This document shows, one piece after another, positions 19,080-29,441 of a stretch of DNA of 64,000 nt; position 1 is the stretch's first letter; each line of letters begins with the position of its first letter. Below the pieces are notes generated by a model, which was given only the letters and a program-made list of their open reading frames with translations, was not told the DNA's origin and ran no database searches. The DNA comes from a plasmid: the sequence record NZ_CP085281.1, one strand, 5' to 3'. The position numbers and the translations under genes are program-made.

Positions 19080-19947
19080 TGGTCATCAGTCCTTCCTCGG
19101 CGATGCGCACCGCGAGCCGCTGATAGTCCTCGGCTGCAGTGCAATGCGGGTCGTACACCGAGATGGGCTGGCAGTGCGCCTTGGCCTCGGTAACACGGAT
19201 CGTGCGAGAGATGTAGCCCAGGTACTCCTTGGGCCAGGCCTGTTCGACAGCACGGCGAATGGCCTTGGTAGCCCGAGAGCCGCCCAGGTAGTTGGTGAGC
19301 AACACGTGGGTGATCTTGATGCCGGGATTGTTGAGGTCGACGTTCTCGACCGCAGCGTCCAGCGACGCGAGGGCCCCGACCTCGTCGGGACCGGTCCCTA
19401 CGGTGGCCAGAACCCACGTCGCTGCCGACAATGCCGCTGAGGCAAGCTCATTCAGCGTAGGACGGCAGTCGATGATGATGAAGTCGTAGGCGGGCAGGGT
19501 CTCCACCTCGCGGCGCAGACGCATCTGACCGCCGGGCCCCAGCCCCTTGTCGAGTTCATCGAGCGCTTCGCGTGACGGCGCGACGTCGACGCCGTAGTCG
19601 GTGCCCTGGATGACGTCGTTGAGCGGCAGCCGGCGGTGCTTCTCGGGGTTGAGGACGTTGAACATGGTGGGCGTGGGGTCGCCGTCCGGGGGGATCTGCA
19701 ATCCCAGTCCGGTCGTCGCGTTGCCTTGCGGGTCCATGTCGATCAACAGCACACGGATCGGACGCGTCTGACCTTCGGCCTCGTCGAAGACCTCCAGTCG
19801 AGTCAGCTCATAACTCAGGTTGACCGCGGTGGTCGTCTTACCCACACCGCCCTTGCGCATGGCCACCGCAATGACCACGGGCGGCGAATTCAGGGCCCGG
19901 ACCAGCTTCGGAGTCTTTGGCATGCGCAAATCATAACCTTCCGGCAC
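19072..19947 (-). CDS. parA: ParA/Soj-family partition ATPase.
   Basis: Deviant Walker A (AMRKGGVGKTTTAVNLS) plus DMDPQGNAT. Confidence 0.9.
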   Translation of the reverse strand: MPEGYDLRMPKTPKLVRALNSPPVVIAVAMRKGGVGKTTTAVNLSYELTRLEVFDEAEGQTRPIRVLLIDMDPQGNATTGLGLQIPPDGDPTPTMFNVLNPEKHRRLPLNDVIQGTDYGVDVAPSREALDELDKGLGPGGQMRLRREVETLPAYDFIIIDCRPTLNELASAALSAATWVLATVGTGPDEVGALASLDAAVENVDLNNPGIKITHVLLTNYLGGSRATKAIRRAVEQAWPKEYLGYISRTIRVTEAKAHCQPISVYDPHCTAAEDYQRLAVRIAEEGLMTNG

Positions 19948-20021
19948 CGGGTGAGTGCCTCTGCTGCGCCAAAAAACCGGCAGTCATCAGGGGCCATACT
20001 GTCTTCGCAGGTCACAGCATA

Positions 20022-20121
20022 ATTCACACGCATTGTGCGCGACACGCGGGGACACATTCACGAACCATTGACGACAGATTCACGGATGGATCACGTGCCG
20101 CGTGCACAGAATGTGCACGCG
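20022..20121. promoter_or_regulatory. parA upstream region with three ATTCAC(A/G) direct repeats (20022, 20056, 20078) and a perfect 10-bp palindrome CGCGTGCACA-GAA-TGTGCACGCG (20099-20121). Candidate centromere (parS) or operator.
   Basis: Read directly. Confidence 0.4.
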
Positions 20122-20275
20122 AGGCCGATTCCGAACCGGGCCTCACCCGCTGTTCATCTCACCGCCCCGTCGCGGTTCCCTTCCGGCGACACGCCGAGCC
20201 ACCGTCCAATCCGCTCCAAATTGGCCCTGCTCGGGCCCCGTATACGCCCTGGATACGGCCATACCATTGGACGAT

Positions 20276-20530
20276 GAGCCCCCGCGCCGATGACCTGACC
20301 TCACCGGCCGGCGCCCTCAGCGCCGCCTTGGCTGCACTGTGCGAGGCCTCCACCGCGGATGAACAGTGGCGACGCTGGCAGTACGCACGCACGGCCGCCG
20401 ACTACGCCGCCGAAGCCTGGTGGCACCCCGACAGCACCGCCGAACAACGGGCAGAAGCCTCCCGCTGCCTCAAGCTGAGCGATGACCTCGACGAGGAGAG
20501 CAAGGCCCGACGCGACCGGGAGCGTCCCGG
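20276..20530 (+). pseudogene. 5' part of a small gene whose 3' end is replaced by the IS left end.
   Basis: The ORF (MSPRADDLTSPAGALSAALAAL…) ends GEWCK-stop, and those codons are encoded by the IS terminal inverted repeat GGAGTGGTGTAAGTGA. Confidence 0.3.
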
Positions 20531-21925
20531 GGAGTGGTGTAAGTGATGGCGGCGTGTCGGTCCCTGACGTAAGAGGGCCATCGCGTGAGTCTCTGTGGTG
20601 AAACGACCAAGAATCACTACCGAGAGGAACATCGCGATGGCCCTGGACCAGTCTGCCTTGCTGGAGGTGCTCGACGCACTGCGCACCGCCGATGCCGGTG
20701 AGCGGATCACTCAAGCCGCCGAAACGATCTACCAAGCCTTGATCGACGCGGAGTTGACCGCGTTCATCGGGGCTTCTCCCCATGAGCGCACCGAGACCCG
20801 CTCCAATCAGCGCAACGGCTCGCGTCCGCGCACGCTGTCCACGGTCGCAGGGGACCTGGAACTGCGGATTCCCAAGCTGCGCACCGGGTCATTTTTCCCG
20901 GCGTTGTTGGAGCGGCGTCGCCGGGTCGATCAGTGCTTGTTCGCGGTGGTGATGGAGGCCTACCTGCACGGCACCTCCACCCGCAAGGTCGACGATCTGG
21001 TCAAGGCACTGGGTACCGATACCGGGATCTCCAAAAGCGAGGTCAGCCGGATCTGCAAAGACCTCGACACCGAGGTCGCGGCCTTCCGGGACCGGCCGTT
21101 GGGTGATCAGCGCTTTCCGTATGTCTTCCTCGACGCCACCTACTGCAAGGCCCGGGTGAATCATCGGGTGGTGTCGCAGGCGGTGGTCATCGCCACCGGG
21201 GTGGCCGCTGACGGGCGCCGCGAGGTACTGGGCTTTGAGGTCGGAGACTCCGAGGACGGGGCGTTCTGGACCGCGTTTTTGCGGTCGTTGAAATCCCGCG
21301 GTCTGGCCGGAGTCCAACTGGTCATCTCCGATGCCCATGCCGGACTGCGCAGTGCCATTGACGCCGTGCTGATCGGGGCCGCCTGGCAGCGGTGTCGAGT
21401 GCACTTCCTGCGCAACGTGCTCGCCCAAGTGCCCAAGGGCTCCGCAGAGATGGTCGCCGCCGCGATCCGCACCGTCTTCGCCCAGCCAGACGCCGAGCAC
21501 GTGCGCGAACAACTCGACACCATCGCCGGCATGCTCGGCCGCCAGTTCCCCAAGGTCGAAACCATGTTGCGCGAGGCCGCCGCCGACATCACCGCCTTCG
21601 CCGACTTCCCGGTGGCCCACTGGAAAAAGATCTGGTCAACCAACCCACTGGAGCGATTGAACAAGGAAATCAAACGCCGCACCGACGTCGTCGGCGTGTT
21701 CCCCAACCCCGCCGCGCTGTTACGGCTGGCCGGCTCGGTACTCGTTGAGGCCCACGACGAATGGCAGGTCGCCGACAAGCGCTACCTCTCCGAGACCAGC
21801 CTCGCTCTGCTCGACGTCAGTGACCAAAGTGCCGAAACCATTGCCCCCACAGCCGCTCTCACGGCATAGTGGCTACCACAGAGCCACACGCGGACACGCG
21901 ACCGCTCTTACACCACTCCACGGGA
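20526..21925 (+). mobile_element. IS256-family insertion sequence (IS1081-like), ~1.4 kb, with imperfect terminal inverted repeats.
   Basis: The left end CCCGGGGAGTGGTGTAAG… and the right end …CTTACACCACTCCACGGG are reverse complements. Internal CTCTGTGGT blocks are also inverted. Confidence 0.8.
20595..21869 (+). CDS. IS256/mutator-family transposase (IS1081-like).
   Basis: SNQRNGSRPRTLSTVAGDLELRIPKLRTGSFFPALLERRRR…, DAHAGL and CRVHFLRN resemble the IS1081 transposase. Confidence 0.9.
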   Translation: MVKRPRITTERNIAMALDQSALLEVLDALRTADAGERITQAAETIYQALIDAELTAFIGASPHERTETRSNQRNGSRPRTLSTVAGDLELRIPKLRTGSFFPALLERRRRVDQCLFAVVMEAYLHGTSTRKVDDLVKALGTDTGISKSEVSRICKDLDTEVAAFRDRPLGDQRFPYVFLDATYCKARVNHRVVSQAVVIATGVAADGRREVLGFEVGDSEDGAFWTAFLRSLKSRGLAGVQLVISDAHAGLRSAIDAVLIGAAWQRCRVHFLRNVLAQVPKGSAEMVAAAIRTVFAQPDAEHVREQLDTIAGMLGRQFPKVETMLREAAADITAFADFPVAHWKKIWSTNPLERLNKEIKRRTDVVGVFPNPAALLRLAGSVLVEAHDEWQVADKRYLSETSLALLDVSDQSAETIAPTAALTA

Positions 21926-21993
21926 CGTGACCACGCGACCGACTGCGCGCAGGCATCCGTCGGCCGCGGCCGACAGCCAAATAACCCTCGGCC

Positions 21994-22818
21994 ATGGAAC
22001 GCCACCGGCGGCGGCCAGGCGATTCAGAACGGCGATCAGTGGAGCCACATACGTTGTCCAGCAACAGCATTCAATTGGCGTCGACGCCGGCCACCAATGC
22101 ACTCACGCACGCCCGGCTACAGATTCACCACGGTGGTCGAGGTGTCGCAGCCCGACGTGCGGTGACCGCGTCCCTGCTGCTGGTCCTCGCGGGGTGCGCC
22201 GCCACGGTCACCGGCCATCAGGAGCCTGGTGCGGCCGCTCGTCACGCGTCAGACCTCAACACGGTCCTACTGACTCCCGAAGAGGTCGACACCTCGATCG
22301 CGGCCGCCGGCGTACAGATCGACACCACCCAGAGCACTCTCGTCGACGACAGCCCCTACACCACACCGCTGACGTGCCTCGCGGTCAGCAGCATGGGCCA
22401 GGAGCATGTCTACGACCGAACCCAGTGGACGTCTGCGCGCATGCAGAGCATGCACGAACCCGGCGACAGCTACGCCCATCTGGTGCACCAGGCCGTCGTC
22501 GAGCTTCCCGACGCGGGCGCCGCCAACGCCTTCTACGCCAGGTCCGCCCGCGACTGGGCGGCGTGCGCGCCCGGCCGCTACACCTACAGCGCCGAGGCCG
22601 ACCAGGACGCCGCCGTATGGGATGTCGGGCCAGTCGCTGACCTCAATCACGTTCTCACAGCGACGATCACAGAGTCAGACAGCGACGATTGGTCGTGTCA
22701 ACGAGCCTTGACCACATCTCTCAACGTCGTGGTCGACGTGCTGAGTTGTTCAGCGACACCCGCTCAGTCGGCGGCAACGGTCGCGCAGAAGATCGCCGCG
22801 AAGATCACCGACGACTAG
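21994..22818 (+). CDS. Putative lipoprotein with a secreted sensor-like domain. Start uncertain (possibly a GTG near 22160).
   Basis: Lipobox LLLVLAGCAATV, followed by a Cys-containing extracytoplasmic domain. Confidence 0.55.
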   Translation: MERHRRRPGDSERRSVEPHTLSSNSIQLASTPATNALTHARLQIHHGGRGVAARRAVTASLLLVLAGCAATVTGHQEPGAAARHASDLNTVLLTPEEVDTSIAAAGVQIDTTQSTLVDDSPYTTPLTCLAVSSMGQEHVYDRTQWTSARMQSMHEPGDSYAHLVHQAVVELPDAGAANAFYARSARDWAACAPGRYTYSAEADQDAAVWDVGPVADLNHVLTATITESDSDDWSCQRALTTSLNVVVDVLSCSATPAQSAATVAQKIAAKITDD

Positions 22819-22868
22819 CGGCGTCAATCCCCTGGCCGCCGGGCGGTCTCGCGCGGGAACCCACAGCA

Positions 22869-22906
22869 CACGAAGAGGCCCCTCCCCCGAGGGGGGCTCC
22901 TTCGTG
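22869..22906. terminator. GC-rich hairpin between the convergent lipoprotein and eccE genes; candidate bidirectional terminator.
   Basis: CACGAAGAGGCCCCTCCCCCGAGGGGGGCTCCTTCGTG. Confidence 0.45.
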
Positions 22907-22920
22907 CCGTGTTTCAGACG

Positions 22921-24867
22921 CTATTCGGCCGGCGGGGGCCGGTAGTTGCGCGGTGGGCGTCGCGGCGCCGGCGGCGGCGGAGTCTCCGAGATCCGCTGGC
23001 TGCGCGGAACACGTTGAGGTCCACCGAGATCGCGGTGGCGACCGTTGCCGTTCGATCCCGTCGCGGCCTGTCCGGATCCAGACGGCACGGGCGGGGCCGG
23101 CGCAGGGGTGGGAGCCCACGCCACCTGCTCGGCCGGAGCCGCCGGCGCAGGTGCAGGGGCGGACCTGCGTGGGCTGGGCGGCGGGGCAGCATGGCGGCGT
23201 GGTGTGCGAGTCAAGACCGGAGCGGTGGAGACCACCCGCCGCGGCTGCCCGATGTTCTCCGAGCCCAAGCCCAGGTAGCGGTCTTCCTCACGCGTCCGGA
23301 TCGTCCACAGGGTGATCGGTTCGGCACCCTCGATCGACACCTCCAACACCTGACCGGGGCCCTCCACCAAGGTCATGTCCGCTCCTCCGGCGACGGTATC
23401 GGGGCCCAGCAGGCGCAGCACGGTGCGGGCGGGCACCGTAGTAACGGTGCGGCCATCGAAGACCGCGACGTCGCAGGTGCGGGCGCCAGCGGTCGCGTAG
23501 AACAGTCGCTGATCGTCGTTGACGGTGGCGACCAGTCCCTCCCAGCGCTGCCGGTCATCGGTGTGGATGGCCACCACCGCGCCGGTCACCACCGCACGCA
23601 GCACCAGCTGACGTGCCACCTCCACACCGACCCGGGCGTCGATGCGACGGCGCTTGGGGGCGCCCGATTGATCCCACAGCGGAACTGCGGCCAAGGTCCC
23701 TTCGTCGAGCTGCCCGAGGATCTGTCCCGACGGCCCGATCGGCACCCGCACGTCGCGCACGACACCGAAGTCCACCGTCGGCATCTTCGCCGCGAGTGCG
23801 CGATCGCCACCGGGCAATCCGGCGTCGAGCATTTGCCGCTGAATTCCGGTGGGGCGGGACAGTTTTGCCTCGGCCAGCGGTTTGTAGGCCTTGCCGTGGT
23901 GGACGTAGCGGATGAGAACCCCGACCTGGACGTCGGCGACGCTAGTGGCTCGGGTCAACCGGATGACGGTGACCGTCTCCTCGGTGCGCCACGACCACCA
24001 TCGATCGAACTGACCCTGCGCCAGCAGTTCTGGGTTACCGACGTAGGTGGTGATGAAGTTGGGCCCAGACCGGATGTAGGACCACTTCTCCTGGTTGTCG
24101 ACCGGTCCGACCGGCGCCAATAGCACGTCCCTCATGGCGTCGAGGTCCTCGGCGGACAGTGCGTGGGCGCGGATCTGCTCCTGCTGCAGGCGCTGCACCG
24201 CACGGTGAGCCGCCGCGGCCAGCGCCTTGGGGCCGGCGCTGCGCGAGGGTCCACGCTCGACGATGCGGTCCAAGTTGTCCAACGAGTTGAGCCGCAGCAC
24301 CAGCCAGGTCCGCCGCTGGCCGACCAATGGCCGGGGCCCCACCGATTGCGCATACACCGTCCGATAGGCGGTGCCTGGCGGCACGTGACAGCCGGCCTCG
24401 ACGACGTCGATATCGATGTCGAGCCCGTACTGACTCATCAAGGACACCACCAACGACAACGGCAACTCACTGCCGCTGACGGTCCGGCCGCCCGACTCGG
24501 TGGTCAACGCCAGGTTCGGGCCCACTTCCACGGCGGCGACCAACGTATGTCCATCCCACCGCACGCCGGCATTACCGGAGATGACATTGATCTCGGTCGC
24601 CGGCGTCAACTCCGGCGGTAGTGGTTGGCGACGGTGCCGCAGGAAGGACCACACCACCGCGAGCCACTCGACGAGCACCACACGTCCCCGGATCGGGATG
24701 AACAGTGCGACTGCGCCAACGAGCAGGATCAGCACCGCCGCCCACACGGGCAGCACTTTGGCCAACGTGAAGGCGACGGTGATCCACACACCGATCCCGT
24801 AGACCAGCGCCGAGACCATGGGGATGCGGATCCACCGTCCCCGCGGCCGGGTCGTCTTCGCCATCAT
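22921..24867 (-). CDS. eccE: ESX secretion system protein EccE, with a Pro-rich C-terminal tail.
   Basis: Two N-terminal TM helices. QRRTWLVLRLNSLDN resembles the EccE1 HRRTWLVLRLNPQ motif. ATGA overlap with the mycP stop. Confidence 0.8.
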   Translation of the reverse strand: MMAKTTRPRGRWIRIPMVSALVYGIGVWITVAFTLAKVLPVWAAVLILLVGAVALFIPIRGRVVLVEWLAVVWSFLRHRRQPLPPELTPATEINVISGNAGVRWDGHTLVAAVEVGPNLALTTESGGRTVSGSELPLSLVVSLMSQYGLDIDIDVVEAGCHVPPGTAYRTVYAQSVGPRPLVGQRRTWLVLRLNSLDNLDRIVERGPSRSAGPKALAAAAHRAVQRLQQEQIRAHALSAEDLDAMRDVLLAPVGPVDNQEKWSYIRSGPNFITTYVGNPELLAQGQFDRWWSWRTEETVTVIRLTRATSVADVQVGVLIRYVHHGKAYKPLAEAKLSRPTGIQRQMLDAGLPGGDRALAAKMPTVDFGVVRDVRVPIGPSGQILGQLDEGTLAAVPLWDQSGAPKRRRIDARVGVEVARQLVLRAVVTGAVVAIHTDDRQRWEGLVATVNDDQRLFYATAGARTCDVAVFDGRTVTTVPARTVLRLLGPDTVAGGADMTLVEGPGQVLEVSIEGAEPITLWTIRTREEDRYLGLGSENIGQPRRVVSTAPVLTRTPRRHAAPPPSPRRSAPAPAPAAPAEQVAWAPTPAPAPPVPSGSGQAATGSNGNGRHRDLGGPQRVPRSQRISETPPPPAPRRPPRNYRPPPAE

Positions 24868-26303
24868 TGCCTCCCTCGCCGAGCGCCGGTAGCGGCCACG
24901 ATGATGAAGACCACGATCACCGCGGCCGCGATCCCGCCGACCGTGATCGCGGCAGTCCACTTGGGCGCGGTGTCCGGCGGCGGGGGCGGTTTGGGCAGGG
25001 ACAGTTCAGCGGCCTGCACGGTCACTGCGGGTGCCCCCTGGACGGGGATCTCATAGGTCAGGGCTGCAACGGGGTCGATCAGCCCGCGACCAACGACGTT
25101 GTCCACGCCACGTGCCGGCGCGTGAGCGGTCGTGATGATCCTGGTGGCCACCTCGCGAGCGGTCATCTGCGGGAACCGGGAGCGCAGCAGCGCAGCCAAA
25201 CCGGAGACGTAGGCCGCGGCATACGACGTGCCGGCAATGGGCACCAGGCCGCCCTGATCGCCGGGCACGGCGTTGATCACCCCGGCGTTGTCGCCGTTGG
25301 ACAGCGACACGATGCCCGAGCCGGGAGCGGCAACATCCACCCAGGGCCCGGCCATCGAGTTCTCGGCCCGCACGCCATCGGGTGACACGAAGCCCACCGA
25401 GAGCACCAGGTCGTCGAACCATGATGGGGTCGACACCACGGTGACGCCGTCCCAGTTACGCGGGTCCTGCGGACGCGACGGGTCGGCCTCGGGGTTGCTC
25501 TTGCAACTCTGATTGCCCGCACCCGCGTCGACGGAGGCGTTGACGTTGCCGGCTGCCGCCACGACGAGGGCGTCTTTGACCTCGACGGCGTATTTGAGCG
25601 CGCCACCGAGCATGGCTTGATCGATCGGGTTGGACACCTTCACGCACGACACCACCGAGATGTTGATGACGCGCGCGCCCATGTTGGCGGCGTGCACGAT
25701 CGCCCGCGCCAAGGTGCGGATGTCGCCGGCGGTCCGAGAGTTGTTGGGATCGTCGGGATTCGCCGACTGGTTCTCGGGCATGTACGCGATCGACGTCTGC
25801 CGGATCGCCAGGATTTGGGCGTTGGGAGCTACCCCGACGAGACCATCGGTCGGCGCGGGGGCTGCACCTATGATCCCCGCGACGATCGTGCCGTGACCCT
25901 CACAATCGTCGAATCCGTTACTGCCAGAAGCGGGATCGACGTAGTCGCCACCGGCGATCATTCCAGGCAACCGGGGCTGGGGGCGTACACCGGTGTCGAT
26001 GACGGCCACGATCACCCCGGCTCCGGTGGAGAACTTGTGCGCTTGCGCGATCTGCAGTGCCGTCAGCGGAGGCGGCGGCTTGGCCAGATCGGAGTTGGGC
26101 AGTACTCCCCCGACCACGCAGGCACCGTTCTTGCGCATCGGCCCGTCAGGTCCTGGAGGACCATCGGGCGGGGCGGCCGCGACGTCGGGATTGGGTGGGG
26201 TGACGGCGCCGGCGCTGCCCAGTGGCGCCACCGCAACCAGCGCGGTCACCGCGGTCAGGACCGCCGCGGTGCGGGCGGCCGCGAGTAGGGCCCGGCGGGT
26301 CAT
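24864..26303 (-). CDS. mycP: Mycosin (subtilisin-like serine protease MycP).
   Basis: Signal peptide. Catalytic motifs VIDTG, HGT, GTSYAA. C-terminal TM anchor. Confidence 0.95.
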   Translation of the reverse strand: MTRRALLAAARTAAVLTAVTALVAVAPLGSAGAVTPPNPDVAAAPPDGPPGPDGPMRKNGACVVGGVLPNSDLAKPPPPLTALQIAQAHKFSTGAGVIVAVIDTGVRPQPRLPGMIAGGDYVDPASGSNGFDDCEGHGTIVAGIIGAAPAPTDGLVGVAPNAQILAIRQTSIAYMPENQSANPDDPNNSRTAGDIRTLARAIVHAANMGARVINISVVSCVKVSNPIDQAMLGGALKYAVEVKDALVVAAAGNVNASVDAGAGNQSCKSNPEADPSRPQDPRNWDGVTVVSTPSWFDDLVLSVGFVSPDGVRAENSMAGPWVDVAAPGSGIVSLSNGDNAGVINAVPGDQGGLVPIAGTSYAAAYVSGLAALLRSRFPQMTAREVATRIITTAHAPARGVDNVVGRGLIDPVAALTYEIPVQGAPAVTVQAAELSLPKPPPPPDTAPKWTAAITVGGIAAAVIVVFIIVAATGARRGRQ

Positions 26304-27859
26304 AACAGGTTCCGGAAGAACGCGAAGGCCCCCACGATCCAGAAGGCCAGCAGCGCCACCGAGAGGTTCATCAGGAATTCGATGTTCTCGATGCGGCGCA
26401 GGGTGATTGGTGACATCTTCGTGCCGGGCAGCCGCAAACCAGCCAACGCCGCCAGGACCGTCACCACCGCCACCCCTCCGAGCACGCTGATCTCAGCGAC
26501 CGGGTTGGAGGTGCTGGTGATGATGGTCAGGGTGAAACCGACCAGCAGCACGAACCCGGCGACGAAGAACGTGATGGCGTGCACCCGGTCGGGTAGCGAG
26601 CGGCCGCGCAGCACCAGAACGAAGATCGACAGGATCGCCACGGCGACTTCGCCCCAGAAGTAGTGGGTGCCCGGTTCGACGGCCGCCACCGCTCCGCTCA
26701 CGATGATCGCGACCGCGGCCACGAACAGACCCGTGAGGTACTTGTTGGACACCCGGGAGCGACTCTCGAGTTGGGTGTCCTCGTCATCGGACAGCGCCAC
26801 GGTTCGGACGTCGTTGCCGTCGTCGAACACCTCGACCACCATGGCGGCTTCGTCGAGTTCGTTGCGGTCGATGTCTTCACCGGGCACCGGCAGGCTCGGC
26901 GGTCTCACCCCCGCCAGCAGCAGTGCCGTCCCTTGGGCGAGGGCGACGATGCCCATGCCGACGACGACGGCCACCGTGCCGATCTGACGCATGTCGAAGT
27001 CGGTGAAGGTGCGGACGCCCGCCGCGATCGCTCCGACCACCGCGACGGTGACCACGGCGGTGTGTACGGTGATGCCAATCTTGGTCAGCCACAACACCAT
27101 CAGTGAGACCGCTCCCGCGGCGAAGGCGCCGGCCAGCACGTTGGCTGCCGTCCAATGCCCAGGAGTGTTCTCATAGGCTGGCACCGCCACCCATCCCAGC
27201 GCGAACGCCAGGACGCCGGCTGCCATGCCGCTGGCATAGGACAGTGCCAGCGCGCCGCGGCGCCCAGCCACGACCGCGGCAGCGATCGCCAACAGGGTCA
27301 GCGCGCCGCTGGGCGGTGCCCACCACAGGTTCGACGGCGTTGACCACCACGCGGCGATCGTCACCGCCGTGGTCAAGGCGGCACCTCCCACGATGGCGAT
27401 CAGCCCGAGCGTGCGCGCCGTGTCGGCGGTGAAGGAGGCGAACTTGACGGCATTGAATTCGGCCAGCGCATCGGCGCCGTCTTCGATGATCGGCTTGAAC
27501 ACCTCCGTGGAGTGCACCTCGCGCAGCAGCAGCCGGGCACCGTCGAGGACGCCGGCTTCGGCCAGGGTCATCGTGCGCGCGAACGGCATGCCACCTTCGA
27601 CGGCCAGGGTGTAGACGCCCGTGGTCGAGAAGTCGACGCTCAAGCCTTCCGCGCGCAGGGTGTCGGCCAGGAACGGCACCAGCCCCTCCATGACGATCGA
27701 CAGTGGGGCGTGCGCGGCCAGCGAGGAGTCGACGTTGTAGTTGCCGACGTGGATCGCCACCCGGATCTGCTCGGGCACCGCCGCGACGGATGTGCCGTTG
27801 CTTTCTGGTTGCCCACCTGGCTCGGCAGGCAGTGAGTCGACCGGCAGAACGACTGACAT
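26300..27859 (-). CDS. eccD: ESX membrane component EccD.
   Basis: ATG at 27859 preceded by GGAGG. Ubiquitin-like N-terminal domain followed by ~11 TM segments. Confidence 0.9.
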   Translation of the reverse strand: MSVVLPVDSLPAEPGGQPESNGTSVAAVPEQIRVAIHVGNYNVDSSLAAHAPLSIVMEGLVPFLADTLRAEGLSVDFSTTGVYTLAVEGGMPFARTMTLAEAGVLDGARLLLREVHSTEVFKPIIEDGADALAEFNAVKFASFTADTARTLGLIAIVGGAALTTAVTIAAWWSTPSNLWWAPPSGALTLLAIAAAVVAGRRGALALSYASGMAAGVLAFALGWVAVPAYENTPGHWTAANVLAGAFAAGAVSLMVLWLTKIGITVHTAVVTVAVVGAIAAGVRTFTDFDMRQIGTVAVVVGMGIVALAQGTALLLAGVRPPSLPVPGEDIDRNELDEAAMVVEVFDDGNDVRTVALSDDEDTQLESRSRVSNKYLTGLFVAAVAIIVSGAVAAVEPGTHYFWGEVAVAILSIFVLVLRGRSLPDRVHAITFFVAGFVLLVGFTLTIITSTSNPVAEISVLGGVAVVTVLAALAGLRLPGTKMSPITLRRIENIEFLMNLSVALLAFWIVGAFAFFRNLL

Positions 27860-27878
27860 TGGTTGCCTCCCTTGGCGT

Positions 27879-29441
27879 TTAGCTTGCGGCGGCGACCGGA
27901 GTCGGGGGTTGCGGCACGGAGAAGTCGTCGGCGAGCATGGCCGCCAGGTCCTCGAATGCACGCCGCGTCTTCTTCTTGAGCTTGTCCAGGTCGACCGTCA
28001 GGCCCTCGTCGAGGTGCGCGTCGAAAGGAATGCGGTGCAGCTTGAGTTGCTGACGAGCCAACACCGTCGTCAGCTTCTGCATGTCCGGGCGGGTGTTGGC
28101 GGTTCTTTCGTTGACCACCAGCACCGTGCGGGCCAACAGCCCCTCATAGCCGTGGTTACGCAGCCAGTCGATGGCCTGACCGGCCTTGAGGGCACCGGGA
28201 TGCGACGCTTCCACCAGCAGCACAAGGGCATTGGACTTGTCCAGCATCTCGCGCACCACCGCAGTGTTCAGCGCCTTATCCCCGTCCCACAGCAGCATGC
28301 TGTAGTAATGCGAGGCGATCTCGTAGACATCGCGGATGTCTTCGGGCACCAGGACCCGATCGCTGTCAGAACGCCAGCCATTGGCCAGCACGTGCAGGTC
28401 GGTGTCGGTAGTCGACAGGAATCGCTGCACCTGGTCGTGCTGGCGCAGATCGTCGGGCTCGGTGTCGAGCATCTCCATCATCGACAACCCGTTGGGATGC
28501 TGGGCTGTCCGCAGGGGCAGATCACCGGCATCGGGATCGGCGTCCACCGCGATGACCCCATCGGCCCGGATCGAAGCAAAGACCTGACCCAACGTGGCCG
28601 TCACTGTCGTCTTGCCGGCACCGCCCTTGAGGGTCAGCACCGTGATCGCGTACATGGTGTCCTTGGGGGCGCGGATGCGCCGATACACCTCGCGCCGGCG
28701 CTGTTCCTTCTTGCCGGGCTTGAGCTTCAACCCGGACTTATTCGCCGCGCCGCGCCATCCGGTGTTGGCCACCGGAGCGCGCTCCTCGTTCACCGTGGAG
28801 ATCAGCTCCTGGGCGATACCGGCTGATGCTGCCTGGATCGGCGCGCTCGGACGGCGGTACTGATCGGATTCGACGGCCCGACCGACGGCTTGCTGCCGGT
28901 CCGGCACCGCCTGGCGGCCGCGTTGTTCCGGATCGGCGGGGACGGCGGGGATCTGCTGAGTCACGTCGGGGCGGAACTGCTCGGGTGCGTGGGGCCTGCG
29001 CGGCGCCACGGCAGGGCCCTGGCGCTGCGCTTGCGGCGCGGCATGGGGTTGACCCCACTGCTGACCGGGCGATGGCGGCGGTGCACCCCACCGCTGCGGT
29101 TGCTGGCCGTTGGTCGTGCGCTGCTCGGGCTGTTGGGGCACCCCGTTGGTGCGCGGCGCGGCGGGCTGGCCCCACGCCGGCGGCTGCGTGGGGTACGGGG
29201 TCGTGGTGCCCTCGTCGGGGGCGGCCTGCTCGCGCTCCTGGCGGCTGGGTGCACTGGCCGCAGTGGGGGTGCCCCAGCCTGCGGTGCCGGCCGGGGCGAT
29301 CGTCGTCGGCGGGGGCCCCGGAAGGGCCGACGACGCGGCGTCGAGTTCCGATGGTCCGGACTGCGGGTCCTCCGCAGGACGCTCCGGTTCCGACCAGTGC
29401 CGTCCGCTGCCCGTGTCGACATCTTCAGCCATTCGGTTCAC
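27879..29441 (-). CDS. ESX-associated MinD/ParA-type P-loop ATPase with a long Pro/Gln-rich N-terminal region (EspI-like).
   Basis: ATG at 29441 preceded by GGGAGAGG. Walker A LTLKGGAGKTTVTATLG. Position between espG and eccD. Confidence 0.75.
   Translation of the reverse strand: MNRMAEDVDTGSGRHWSEPERPAEDPQSGPSELDAASSALPGPPPTTIAPAGTAGWGTPTAASAPSRQEREQAAPDEGTTTPYPTQPPAWGQPAAPRTNGVPQQPEQRTTNGQQPQRWGAPPPSPGQQWGQPHAAPQAQRQGPAVAPRRPHAPEQFRPDVTQQIPAVPADPEQRGRQAVPDRQQAVGRAVESDQYRRPSAPIQAASAGIAQELISTVNEERAPVANTGWRGAANKSGLKLKPGKKEQRRREVYRRIRAPKDTMYAITVLTLKGGAGKTTVTATLGQVFASIRADGVIAVDADPDAGDLPLRTAQHPNGLSMMEMLDTEPDDLRQHDQVQRFLSTTDTDLHVLANGWRSDSDRVLVPEDIRDVYEIASHYYSMLLWDGDKALNTAVVREMLDKSNALVLLVEASHPGALKAGQAIDWLRNHGYEGLLARTVLVVNERTANTRPDMQKLTTVLARQQLKLHRIPFDAHLDEGLTVDLDKLKKKTRRAFEDLAAMLADDFSVPQPPTPVAAAS

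Noticed and set aside
19917-20546. 209-aa + ORF upstream of the IS.
   Set aside because: The 5' two-thirds lie in the parA promoter/iteron region with odd Cys/His composition. Only the last ~85 codons (20276 onward) look coding, and those are truncated by the IS.
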